Below, piece after piece: positions 11,187 through 22,422 of a DNA stretch of 64,000 nucleotides. The translations under genes and the position numbers were made by a program. This DNA is from a virus. Lineage: Duplodnaviria; Caudoviricetes. The stretch covers positions 1 to 64,000 of IMG/VR virus record IMGVR_UViG_3300042366_001770. The stretch is one strand, 5' to 3'. The first letter of the stretch is position 1. Every line of letters begins with the position of its first letter. The notes under the pieces were generated by a model that saw only the letters and a program-made list of their open reading frames with translations, searched no databases and had not been told where the DNA came from.

Positions 11187-12146
11187 TTACTCTCTTACCG
11201 ATTCCCCGTGTCCTCTAGTAATTATACCACAGAACACCTTTAAGTCAATCTGTTCGCTTAAAAGTTTTGTGGAGGAATCAGCAAAAACTACGTTTATTCC
11301 ATTAGGATGAAAAGAATAAGCTTCTCCATCATTTGTGGCGTTCATTGGTACTCCATCGTTGGGTGATGCTTTGGGAGTTTTTATACCATTGCTATTCATT
11401 GGATCAAGTTTAAACGGACCAAGATTATCTGCCCAACCAACACATTGGTTTGTTTCTACGGTAGATGCTACTTTTTGTCGATAAATTTGTGGTCGGCCTG
11501 CACACTCTACAAATAATAGCGTTTTGCTTAAACCGTCTGTAATTGCGGATATTGGGGTTGTTTTATCTTTTACTAAACAACCGTCTCCATTAACAGAATA
11601 TAAATCTGGACTAATCACATTTTTCTTAACGCCTGTTATAGTTTCATAATCAGTGCGTCCTAATTTCTCTGGAGACACAAACGCTGGTCTGATGCTATCA
11701 GTGTCCGGTGAAATTGGTACTGAAGTTATACCATCTCCTTTAGAAGATGGGCAAATAAAAATTGATAAGTTTTGTTGTGAAATGGAAAGATTAGTTCCTT
11801 CCCACCAATTAGAATCTAAAGAATAAGTCTCTACTAAATTTGCTTCTTCCATGAAAGGCATAATATTAGTGCGCCAAGAATGTTCTTTACGATAAGGATT
11901 TCCTTTTGGTGCTTGAGGAAAGAGAGTTATATTAGTTGAATCCGTTGTGTACGCTGCTGCTGGCAATGAGTTTTTTGTATCAATCATATTGTGAGTAGCA
12001 ATACCAAATTGTCTCAGATTATTAGAGCAAGAACTTCGTCGTGCTGATTCTCTAGCACTTTGAACAGCTGGTAAAAGCAGTCCGATTAGACCTCCAATGA
12101 TAGCAATAACAACTAATAACTCTACTAATGTAAAACCTTTTTTCAT
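11187..12146 (-). CDS. Prepilin-type N-terminal cleavage/methylation protein with DUF1559 domain (planctomycete-type)
   Basis: [53 protein letters not shown], and C-terminal [12 protein letters not shown] (H-X9-DG variant). Confidence 0.92.
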   Translation of the reverse strand: MKKGFTLVELLVVIAIIGGLIGLLLPAVQSARESARRSSCSNNLRQFGIATHNMIDTKNSLPAAAYTTDSTNITLFPQAPKGNPYRKEHSWRTNIMPFMEEANLVETYSLDSNWWEGTNLSISQQNLSIFICPSSKGDGITSVPISPDTDSIRPAFVSPEKLGRTDYETITGVKKNVISPDLYSVNGDGCLVKDKTTPISAITDGLSKTLLFVECAGRPQIYRQKVASTVETNQCVGWADNLGPFKLDPMNSNGIKTPKASPNDGVPMNATNDGEAYSFHPNGINVVFADSSTKLLSEQIDLKVFCGIITRGHGESVRE

Positions 12147-12426
12147 GATAAGTCTCTCTGGTGGGATGACGAGGCGGGATCAGTTATCTGTTAACTGATG
12201 GATATTATCATATTACCCCAAAAAAAATAATCAATATTATTAGGATATTGTTAGGAAAGATTTTTCCATTCTGGAAAATCATTTATATCCATATCTCCTA
12301 GTATAAAACTACCAACTGAATTATTTATTTTTATAGCAAAAATAGGATTACCATCTACATCTTCACCGAGGTCTTGAATATCTGATTCAGATACGCTATG
12401 TAGCTTTCTAAGAAGTTCTGATATTG

Positions 12427-14457
12427 TCATTTTTGTAATGCCTCTTCAGAATTATACTGTAGTCTAGCGTTGAATCCAGCCTCAAATGCTATGCTCAGTT
12501 GAGGTATAATATCACCGTATCTTTCTCTGTTAGAGATACCCTCATCACCCAAAGGAACTACTGGTCTAATTTGATCTAACCATTCTTCAAACATATCAGA
12601 TATTGACATTATTAACTCCATGACGTATCATTTTCCCATCACGAATCACATGAACAAAAACCTTGCCAGATGATCGAATATAATCTCGCCCACCATCAAT
12701 CATATTGCCATTGTTAAAACTCTTATAATCGTGGCGATGTTGACTATATTCTAAATTCCCTTCATCATTTTCTACCATTCCAAAAGATAGATCCTCTACT
12801 TGGTCTGCATTAGCGATCATCAATTGATCGTATTGTTGATTTAGACTCACTTTAAAGTATAGAGAAAAATACTTGTTACCAAATTTTGGATGTGGAGTAT
12901 CCCTGTAAAAAACATCCACTATTGAATCGCCAAATTCTGTGGTACAAACGTGCTTTACAGGAACTCCATCCTTATCAGAATAAAGTTCTTCGACCTTCTT
13001 AATATTTGTGATAGGATAGTGTACAATGTTCATAAATCAATATTTACTCTGTATTCATTAAGGAGGCTGTAAAACTTATCTCGTATCTGGTCCAAAGCAT
13101 CATCGGCATTTTTAAAATCGTTACCGTATTTTTGCCAATTACGTAGTTGTTGACTAAGATCCCACAAAAATCTTTGAGTCTTTAGTGCTTGACTCATGAC
13201 TTCGTATTCATTTTGATCTTCTGGCAGATCAAACTCAAACTTCGCTTTCATGATTGAATCTCACTATAGGTAATTTACTAAATTGTATCAGTTGGTCGAG
13301 ACTTTGTAAAGATTCTGTTGAAATGCTTAGTAGATAATCATCAAAGTTATTCCAATCCTTTGCATCTATTATTAGCGAATACTCTCTGCTTGCATAACCA
13401 TAAGAGTTATCGCTATCATGACATTCTACTCGTCCAGCAATCCAATTGTCTCCATTCTGTTTTATCCACTCTTGGTTCATTATTAATTCTTGTACCAAAT
13501 AATAATGCCACATTATTTATTTTCCTTGCAAGATTCACAAAGTGTCATAATCCAACCCTTTTTATCTGGACTTCCTTTGGATCCACATTTCTCACAAGTA
13601 TGATAACTCCAACTCTCTGCCATGCCAATTAACCCTCTCGTATATTCATTTCCTCCATAATAATAAACTCGTAATCCACCAAACTTTTCTTTGATCTGAG
13701 TAAATCTGAAAGATTCATAAACTATAGGTTCTTGGTTTTTTGAGACTCGATATTTATTATTTCCCTCAATATTTCGTTCTTGTTGGGCTATCATAAAACA
13801 AAGACTGGATAGAATCTCAAACCATCCATCTTGGCACTCAATACCATAGGCACCTATAGGTTCATTACGATTGTCTTTGAGGCAGAATAAAGACGGATAT
13901 TTAGTATATAATTCTGCCGCTAAAAGTTCTTTCATTGTGAGTTCTCGGAAAAAATATGTTCAATATTAGTGGCTAATACAACTCTATCATTCCCTCTATA
14001 ATCAGAAATTACCCATGTATCGCACTTTAATTCATCTCCAGTTGAAGCATCGTGTACTATTACTGGTGCTTGCCAATCAAACTTTCCAACATTGTTTAAA
14101 TTATTAGCTTGAGAATGAAGGTAATTATAAAGATCAAGCCAAGTTAAATTATTCATTGTTCGTTTGTTCCTTATGTAATTCATCGTAAACGGCTATTTCT
14201 TTAGCAATTTTTTCAGCAACAATATCTCTATACTTTTCTTCATATCTCAATGGATCGGCTAAATTATTATCTATTCTATTTTTATTTGTGATATAGTAGC
14301 CATCATCGTCTTTCAGCAGAATACAATTTTCTGCTATCGTAATCTTTTTAAGAATATTTTCGTCTGTTACAATCATATCGCTAGTGCTACCATATGGTGT
14401 TCTAGTGGTTATAGTTCGACCAGTAACGTGTTTCGGTATTTTGAATGTTCGTGCCAT
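12427..14457 (-). other. Run of small hypothetical phage genes
   Basis: Overlapping or abutting minus-strand ORFs; 13513-13935 has a QIKEKFGGLR + CxxC..CxxC pattern common in phage hypothetical proteins. Confidence 0.65.
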
Positions 14458-14458
14458 T

Positions 14459-14677
14459 TTATCTAGCTCTCCTATTTGCTCTGTCTAAAATACGACGGGT
14501 TTCTGTAGCATTAGATGGACATAATACAAGTTGTGGTGCTGTTTTGTGTGCATAATCCATATATCCAACTGCTCTTTGTTCTGTGCTGCATCCAATACAG
14601 GTTATTGTTTTGTTCTTCTCAACTAAAAACTCTAATCGTCCTTCTGGAATATTTGAACGACAATAAATACAGTGCAT
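14459..14677 (-). CDS. DksA/TraR-like C4 zinc-finger protein
   Basis: CIYCRSNIPEGRL..TCIGC matches the C4 finger of the DksA/TraR family. Confidence 0.55.
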   Translation of the reverse strand: MHCIYCRSNIPEGRLEFLVEKNKTITCIGCSTEQRAVGYMDYAHKTAPQLVLCPSNATETRRILDRANRRAR

Positions 14678-14736
14678 AGTAGTTACCTCCGTACAACAGT
14701 TATACCATACCGTATCGGCTCAGTCAAGTCTAAACT

Positions 14737-15195
14737 TTAGACTGTTGCTGGGGTAATGACATCATACAGCATACCATTATTGTCTTCAAAAGATGTTGAT
14801 CCAGTAGTCCAATAAACTTTACACAAGCCTACTGCATCTAATATCTTTTGACAATTTTCACAAGGCTTACTCAATAGTATTCGTCCTTGTCTATTAATTC
14901 TGACATTAACAATTGAAAGATTAGTATCAATGGAGTTATACCTATCAAGTAGTTTAGAAATAAGATAAGATTCACTGTGAACATATGGAAAGTCCTGATA
15001 AGTTCTGATATTAAATTGTTGCCCTATTCGGTATGCTTTATGGTTAACTTTAATTGGATTGTTTTGACAAATTAAAATTGGTTTGTTGCCATCAAAAGCA
15101 ATAGTAAAATGATATCGTCTTTGAAAAGAATTGGGTTCAAACCTATCGTAACTAAGTTTCAGTGCTTTTTTGAGAATTTTCATAATTGATTTCAA
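14737..15195 (-). CDS. Zn-dependent deaminase-fold protein (cytidine/CMP deaminase-like)
   Basis: VHSE and SKPCENC (HxE...PCxxC). Confidence 0.7.
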   Translation of the reverse strand: MKSIMKILKKALKLSYDRFEPNSFQRRYHFTIAFDGNKPILICQNNPIKVNHKAYRIGQQFNIRTYQDFPYVHSESYLISKLLDRYNSIDTNLSIVNVRINRQGRILLSKPCENCQKILDAVGLCKVYWTTGSTSFEDNNGMLYDVITPATV

Positions 15196-15360
15196 TAGAA
15201 GTTACATAGCCAAAATTATCATAAAGATGTGTTACATTTGATTCGTCGCAGCCCCGGCCAAAATCGTTGCATAATTCATGATTGTCTGATGATAACCGAT
15301 TTAATTTAACGCTTGATGCTTTAGGAGTATCTGGATCTAAAGGAATTCTTTTTGGCTCTC

Positions 15361-16269
15361 TCATACTAAAACTCCATTACAGTAATTAGAAATTGCCTTG
15401 TCTTTCATTTTCAATTCCATATCAATATCAAATTCTAGTCCATACGTTTCAAACGGTTGTTCAGCATAATCTGCATGAGCCCTTGGATTATTTCCTGGTC
15501 TGCTTTCACTATAATGAAACAATGGTTTAGTTTGCCAAGTGTCATAGCACATATTAATTGCTTCAATTTCTGGCACATTGTTTGGATGACACTTGTGATG
15601 CAAATAATCGAAGCAGATGGGAATATTGGTTATTGCATGAAAAATATCTACTAAGTCTTTAACGCTCCAGCAATTAAGTTTATCATCATTTTCAATAGTT
15701 AGTCTGGCCTGACAATTTTCATCAAGTCTTTTGAAGTTGGAATAAAATCTTTGGGATACTTCCTCTTTACTGCCAGAATTATTATGAACATGAAGATTCA
15801 TTGGACTTCTATGGTCTGCGGGGCAACCAATTCTATCCATAAAAGAGCTGTAAAAATTGAGTTCTACTATGGTTTTTTCGATAACTTTATCCGATAAACT
15901 GGCTAAACTATTAAACTCACTAGGATGACAAGACACTCGTACATTTGTTTGCTGAATAGAATATGCTATGTCATCAAAAGCAGCGTCAATTTCGTCATAA
16001 TTTGGCAAATCTTCAAGATTAATATTTGCTTCATCGTATGTTATCAGAGGAAAAATATCACTACTCAAACGATAACAATAATTATTATCTGCACAATACC
16101 TTATTGTAGCATTAGTTGCTACAAGATTATTGAGTATTCTGCTACCAAGAATAGACAATGCTTCGTCACGATCTAAAGAACTAAATCGTTTATAAGTCAT
16201 GGTTTGGAACTTAATCGGTGGATCAAGTTCTTGCAAATTAAGAGAAATACAACACAGTCCGAAACGCAT
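15361..16269 (-). CDS. uvsE: UV-damage endonuclease
   Basis: GLCCIS, YRLSSDIFP, SCHPSEF, LTIENDD, CFDYLHH, HYSES, AHADY and ELKMKDKA. Confidence 0.92.
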   Translation of the reverse strand: MRFGLCCISLNLQELDPPIKFQTMTYKRFSSLDRDEALSILGSRILNNLVATNATIRYCADNNYCYRLSSDIFPLITYDEANINLEDLPNYDEIDAAFDDIAYSIQQTNVRVSCHPSEFNSLASLSDKVIEKTIVELNFYSSFMDRIGCPADHRSPMNLHVHNNSGSKEEVSQRFYSNFKRLDENCQARLTIENDDKLNCWSVKDLVDIFHAITNIPICFDYLHHKCHPNNVPEIEAINMCYDTWQTKPLFHYSESRPGNNPRAHADYAEQPFETYGLEFDIDMELKMKDKAISNYCNGVLV

Positions 16270-16349
16270 AGAATACCTCCGTAAACTCCCATTGTACCCT
16301 ATGATCGGTTAGGAGTCAAGAAAAACTTTAACTTACCCAACATACACCA

Positions 16350-17003
16350 TTAATTCCAGTCATTTTCATAGCCTCCCAATGCCTCGCTAATTACTGGAAA
16401 TTGCTCACAAAAAATTTGTTTACATTTTTTAGCAATATCAATATGTTCTTTTTGCGTACCATTTTTTTCTCTTAGACCAATGTAATGAATCCACGATCTA
16501 ATTGTACCACTCATATACAGTTTTGTTGGAGTTGCTAATGGAAGAACGAATCTAGCACATTCTTTTGCAATACCGTCCGCTATCATGCCATCATATATGC
16601 TTTTGGCTTTAGCAAAGTTTTCTCTAATTTTAGTATACCATTTTGATTTGAGTTCATCAGAAATATTATCAACACTATTTTGTCTATTTTTTTGGTCTTG
16701 TCCACGCAGTTCAAATAGAGGTATTTCATCTGCTAAGAAAGAAGTATCAGCATATCTTTGGCTAAATTCTTGAAAAGTAAAACTTCTATGTCTTAGGATT
16801 TGCGCAGCTAATCCTCTAGTGGTATTTATTTCCACAGTTAGAAACGCTTGTTCAAAAATACTCCAATGATTATGATCTATACAATATTTGAGTAATTTAG
16901 CATAGTTGGGATTTTCTTGATTATTTGGATTACTTACTCTAGCACAATAAGCAATTAATTTTTCTGCTTCCGGTGTTGCACTAATAAATTGTGCTGTATT
17001 CAT
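16350..17003 (-). CDS. thyX: FAD-dependent thymidylate synthase
   Basis: HWSIFEQ and the ThyX signature QILRHRSFTFQEFSQRY; also ECARFVLP and TQKEH. Confidence 0.96.
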   Translation of the reverse strand: MNTAQFISATPEAEKLIAYCARVSNPNNQENPNYAKLLKYCIDHNHWSIFEQAFLTVEINTTRGLAAQILRHRSFTFQEFSQRYADTSFLADEIPLFELRGQDQKNRQNSVDNISDELKSKWYTKIRENFAKAKSIYDGMIADGIAKECARFVLPLATPTKLYMSGTIRSWIHYIGLREKNGTQKEHIDIAKKCKQIFCEQFPVISEALGGYENDWN

Positions 17004-17141
17004 TTATTTCTCCAGTTGATAATTTTTTCCCATAGTGGTTTAAAAAAATATACAGCAATATATCCTACTATACCATGAATAGCAGAATATAATATGCTAC
17101 TTAGTGTAATAGTAACACTCTGAATTCTTGATGGCTTTTTA

Positions 17142-20100
17142 TCACCATGATCCTGATACGACATCGTGATTAATATCCCTAGATAATTGTTTTAGTTCAT
17201 ATTCTTTTTGGTATTCAACAAAAGCGTTATCAGTTATATTATTAAAGATTATTGTTGCTAACTTTGATAAACTATTTGTTGTGCCACTGATAGAAGAATC
17301 AGATACCTTTGTCCAATAATAAGTATAGGGATTGCTATCGCTATCTGATTTTTCACGAATAGTTTGATATCCTTTATCTTTGGCCCATGTTCTAATTAGT
17401 GACCATTGCATGTAATGTTCTCCAAGCTATAGCTATATTGTATCAGTTAAGTATGGTTTTGTCAAGACTTGTCATAGTGCTTCCAACCCTCTTTGTGTTT
17501 AAAAGCAATTATTTCTCTTCTTTGATCATCTATTACGACCATCTGATATTCAATAAGACTATACAAATCTTGTATATGCTCTTTAATCTCAGAATCAGAA
17601 CACTTATGTAATATTTGTGCTCTAATTTCTGGATTAAAACAGTTATACTTTAATGGATTACAGCCCTTTTTAGGAGTATTGTGCATATATTTTATTGATC
17701 TTGTCGATAATGTTATTATCTAGATTGGATTTAATAAATTCGTCATTATTGTCAGTAACATAGGCTTGAATTTCATCGTTTAAAACTTCTTCACAGTAGC
17801 CTTTGTTTAATAAATATTCTTTTATTGGTTTTAATTGTTTGGCATATGTTTTACAAATCTGATTGATATGCGCTTTGTATTGTACAGAATATCCAAATAG
17901 GGCGTGACAAAGCTCGTGTCTTATAGTAGATTCGTCATTTGCTCCTATGATATAGAAATGATCATGACGATATTTAAATAAGTCTAAAAACATCTGTTCG
18001 TAATTAGTCAAAGGATCAAAAAGACCTTGCCTAAAAGGCTGCAAAATTTGACTAGGAAAATTAAAACCAACCCAGTCCCTTGAATAAGTATCAGCACCAT
18101 ATTTTTGGCTATACCAATGTTTAATTTGACCCAGTGTAAATATTTTATCCTTAAACTCTGGGCTTTCATAGTGTTCTTGAAATCTCATAAATGTTTGTGC
18201 TAAAATAAGATTAGATTCAGCCTGAACTAATACAGAATTATATTTTAGCTGTTTTGTCGTTAACATTTCTATGAACCCTTTCATAAGAATTAATAGCATC
18301 TTCTAATAACGAAACTAGTTTAAACATTTCTACGCTTTGGCTAGTATTTAGATCATCTATATTATCTAGATTCTCTACCATGCATCTCATAATATCTGAC
18401 CAATGATATTTGGCTAGAAAAAGTTTAATAGATTCTTTGTGGTAAAGATATCTAGTCTCTGATTTATTCTTGGTCATGGTATAATAATTCCGATTATGTA
18501 CCCAACAGCAAATGCTAAAGTAATTATGCAAATTGCTTGGGCGACATCTTTTTCATTATTTGTCGATTGATTCTGTTGCATTTGTAGCAAAAATTGCCCT
18601 GAGAGTTTCTAATTTTGATTTATTAGTCTCCAATAAAGTAATATATTGATCAAGAATTTGTAAAATATCTGGGTGTTCGCCAACCCCAACAGACTTATTA
18701 AAGTATAAATCTAGAGTTGCTAGTGCTTCTTCTATGGATGCTTGATACTTCGCTTCTAAGGCTCGATAAAATCTATTCATTAGTAATCTCCTGTAATATT
18801 TTCTGAAGTTTCTATTAAATCTGTTAATGATATATCGTCTTCTGTATCAAAAGACAATATCTTATTCGATGAGGGTGGACTAAACTTATAGTCTGCAATA
18901 TCACGATATTCAAATACAATTGAACATACTACTGATAATGTACCAAGAAAAAACAATAAAACAATCACAGACAATAAAATATATACGGTTTGAATTTCAG
19001 ACATCTCACTTCCAGATTGGCTGATAAATCCAAATAACAGAAGGTTCGTATGTTACTGTTCTATGTTGACAAAAAATGCCATATCTTTCTGTAAGAATTG
19101 GTTTATTGAATATGTATGGGATCAACTCATACACAAGAATTGGAGTCCTTGGTTGAGAAACAATAGTATAATATGATTGTTGAATCAAAGGTTGTGTTTG
19201 AGCTATTGTGGGATTAATTGGTAATGGAGAATAGGCAACCCATTCATTTGCCCAACAACAATTAATAGCAAATAAACTAAAAACTATACAAAACAATAAC
19301 TTAACCATAGAATCTCCTTAAAAACTAGTTGCTTTATAGTAAAGACCCACAGAAGAACTACAAGTTCTGATCGTTTCCAATAGTATTTATAACTGTTTCT
19401 ATCAAAATTAGACCAATCAAAACAACCATAACTGATATCATCACTTATATTTACTCTTTATGAGATCAACGATTTGACCAGCAGTGAACTGTATGGTATT
19501 ACCGCCCCAAAAATAAGTATTAACTAAATCTACAATTCTAGTAGAATCTTCTGAGTCAGCAAAAATCTTTGCGTATTTTGGTTTATATTCCATATTTATA
19601 TATGAATATACTCTCATATAAAAAGAGTGAGCCATTTGAGAAGCTTGAGAATTAATAGACTTTTTACGCTTTTTGCTCATGGATTCATCCTGAGCATAGC
19701 AATAATTTTATTTGCTGTATGAGCAATATCATCGTTTTTTGATTCGCTATTTGCAAGTATTTTTGATACTACACTCTTATGATTATCAGACTGAACAAGT
19801 TTAAGAGTATTTTTACCATACTGATTATGGATATAATCGAATACTTGATCATGAAAAGTGTTGCTAACGGTCATTACATAGTCTCCCTATATTGGTCAAG
19901 TTTAAATACCTCACAAAACGTATCGAATAATTTATTTGTTTTCATGCGTAGTAATGTATTAATGCCGATCAAAGCATTAATGATGGTATCTTTATCTACA
20001 TCATCAAGAGTATTCATTATAGATTCAGAAACTAAATCTATTTGATCAGCATAAGTATGTAATTCGTTGATTTCATTTTCAAGATCAAATCTGTCTTTCA

Positions 20101-20890
20101 TGTAGCACCATTAATGGATGAACGATAGTATTTAGCAACATTATTCCATGACGGTAATTCATACCAAGGATCACCCTCGTTTACGCAAACCCCTGATTTG
20201 TCGTAAATATCATAGTGGGAGACATTTCTTTTATCATAGTCCTCCCAAGAATCATAACAAGCCAGAACCTCAAATGTAGAATCCGATTTAGTTGTATGAT
20301 GATCATAGTAATAAACTGCTATAATTTCTGAATTCATCTCGTTTCTCCGTAGTTGACTACAGTATACCACAACTATCGGCATTGTCAATGGCAGACTTTA
20401 GAAAAAAGAAAACCTGCCTATTGTGTCACCAATGATGTATTACATTAGCAATGATAAAAGCACAAGTAATAAAATTTATCAAAATTATAGTAAGCTTAAC
20501 AGAAAAAGCTGTCCATGCTTCATATTGTGTTAATATTGGAATGTCTGGAGCATCATAATCATCTTTGCCAACCCTGTGATCTACTGCTCTAGCAAGAATT
20601 AATAATGATCTGTAAAGTTTCATCAACTATTGTACTCCGCCAAAATAAAAATTAATTGAGCATTTTTGTGGATGGTATTTATGAGAATATTCTATACTAC
20701 CATCATCTTTTTGTGAGATAGCTCCATCATAAAGAATGTGTCCTAGTGTATAATCATCTTTTAATAAAAATAATTCTTGATTATTCCAGTTCCAGTAGTT
20801 ATATTGGAAGGATTCTTTATCATCAACGGATAGAGAAATCATTACTGTATTGTTTATATTAGCAGATATATAATCGTTTAATGTTTTCAT
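17142..20890 (-). other. Run of small hypothetical phage genes
   Basis: Dense minus-strand ORFs of 65-209 aa; 17670-18299 has an HELCH (HExxH-like) motif. Confidence 0.65.
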
Positions 20891-21453
20891 TATTGTTTAA
20901 TATTAATTCCCATCGTAGAAATAAATTGAGATTCACTAGTTATATGCGTTAATAATAGATTATTATTTTGCACTTGATTTAGTACGGCTCTAATAACACC
21001 TGTTTTCCATGGGGGATGACAAACAAAATCATGTCCAGCAATGATTCCTCCTTTTTTTACTTTTTTTATTGATAAGTTGTATTCTTTATTTACATGATCA
21101 TAATCGTGTAAAGAGTCTATGTAAATCCAATCTAAAAAATTATCAGGAATAGATTCTAGCCAAGCTATGGAGTCTTGTTTAATAAGTGTTACGTTGTTAT
21201 ATGGTAATTTCTTTTTTACCATATCAAACCAGTCATCGTAGTATAAGTGTGGTGGACAATTTTTATATGTATCTTCGTCTTTTTCCCATATGTCTACTAA
21301 ATATAAATGAGATGGTTGTGTTAGTTTGTGCAACATAACGGCATTGTCTCCTTGACAAACACCTAGTTCCGCACCAATCGCATTTTTAGGAAATAATTTA
21401 TATAATTCAGGTTTAATCTTTAGTTCTACTATTTCATGATTATGGTCTACCAT
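20890..21453 (-). CDS. Class I SAM-dependent methyltransferase (Methyltransf_24-like), paralogous to 631-1191
   Basis: GAELGVCQG, LDWIYIDSLHDY and IIAGHDF. Confidence 0.8.
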   Translation of the reverse strand: MVDHNHEIVELKIKPELYKLFPKNAIGAELGVCQGDNAVMLHKLTQPSHLYLVDIWEKDEDTYKNCPPHLYYDDWFDMVKKKLPYNNVTLIKQDSIAWLESIPDNFLDWIYIDSLHDYDHVNKEYNLSIKKVKKGGIIAGHDFVCHPPWKTGVIRAVLNQVQNNNLLLTHITSESQFISTMGINIKQ

Positions 21454-21578
21454 AATATCTCGTTATTTTAAAAAGTATATATAAACATATGGTAATACTA
21501 ATAATTAGTACGCTAATTCTAGTAAAATCATCATGAATAAAAGTTGGACAAATTGGTTTACGAATTGATAGATTCATA

Positions 21579-22031
21579 TTATTCCCATGGAAATAGTATC
21601 CATCTATCATCTTTAAGTCTGTCGATTTCTCTTGTATAGCAATCTACTAAAAAATTTTGTGAGATATTGTAAAACAAAGCACAAGTTTTAATTTTATCAA
21701 TATCAAAACCTTTACTATAAAATTTAAGTATAATTTGAGATAAGGTTATTCCACTATCACAAATGTCGTCAACGATTAAAATTTTCTTATCGGTAGAAAT
21801 TTCTTCTACTTCGTAAAGTCTAACCTCTTTGTCTTTACTATCTCTTAGTTGACAACTCATCATTATCAAAGGCTTATCAAATTTATGACTAAGTTTTATA
21901 GCAGGAATAAGGCCGCCTCTTTTTACTCCAACAATATAGTCTGGAGTCCATCCTATTAATGTTATGTAGTTTGTTAAAATCTCAATATCTTCATCAAAAT
22001 CCTGCCAATTATAAATAATCTGATCAGGCAT
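21579..22031 (-). CDS. Type I phosphoribosyltransferase (purine PRT-like)
   Basis: IVGVKRGGLIPA, PRPP-binding ILIVDDICDSGIT, and C-terminal WILFPWE. Confidence 0.88.
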   Translation of the reverse strand: MPDQIIYNWQDFDEDIEILTNYITLIGWTPDYIVGVKRGGLIPAIKLSHKFDKPLIMMSCQLRDSKDKEVRLYEVEEISTDKKILIVDDICDSGITLSQIILKFYSKGFDIDKIKTCALFYNISQNFLVDCYTREIDRLKDDRWILFPWE

Positions 22032-22422
22032 AAACGGATTCCCTAATACTAAAGTTTGTTGTAAATATTATACCTCGTTTTTGTGGTGGGTCAATAGGTT
22101 TTTCAAACTTTTCCACATTACTAACAACCCATCCATACTTGGATTTATAATATTTCCAACCATAATCGTCATCATTTTCATCTACTCTATGCCTATGGTA
22201 GTCATTCATCCATTCGTTTTTATCTTTGTATCTAAAAGACTCACTAAAAGTAATAGTTCCAATTATTCTACTTTTAAATTTGCCTCTTTTCCCAGGAGTT
22301 TCTATAACTGCCAAAGGAATACCAAGATACTTCGATGGAAGGTGGTAAGTTCGTGTCTCCACACTTTTAAAGCCATTTATTAAAAGGCTTGACCACGGCG
22401 TTTGGATATTTAAACCAGTCAT
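22024..22422 (-). CDS. ASCH-domain protein
   Basis: GLNIQTPWSSLLINGFKSVETRT (GxKxxExR). Confidence 0.8.
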   Translation of the reverse strand: MTGLNIQTPWSSLLINGFKSVETRTYHLPSKYLGIPLAVIETPGKRGKFKSRIIGTITFSESFRYKDKNEWMNDYHRHRVDENDDDYGWKYYKSKYGWVVSNVEKFEKPIDPPQKRGIIFTTNFSIRESVYA

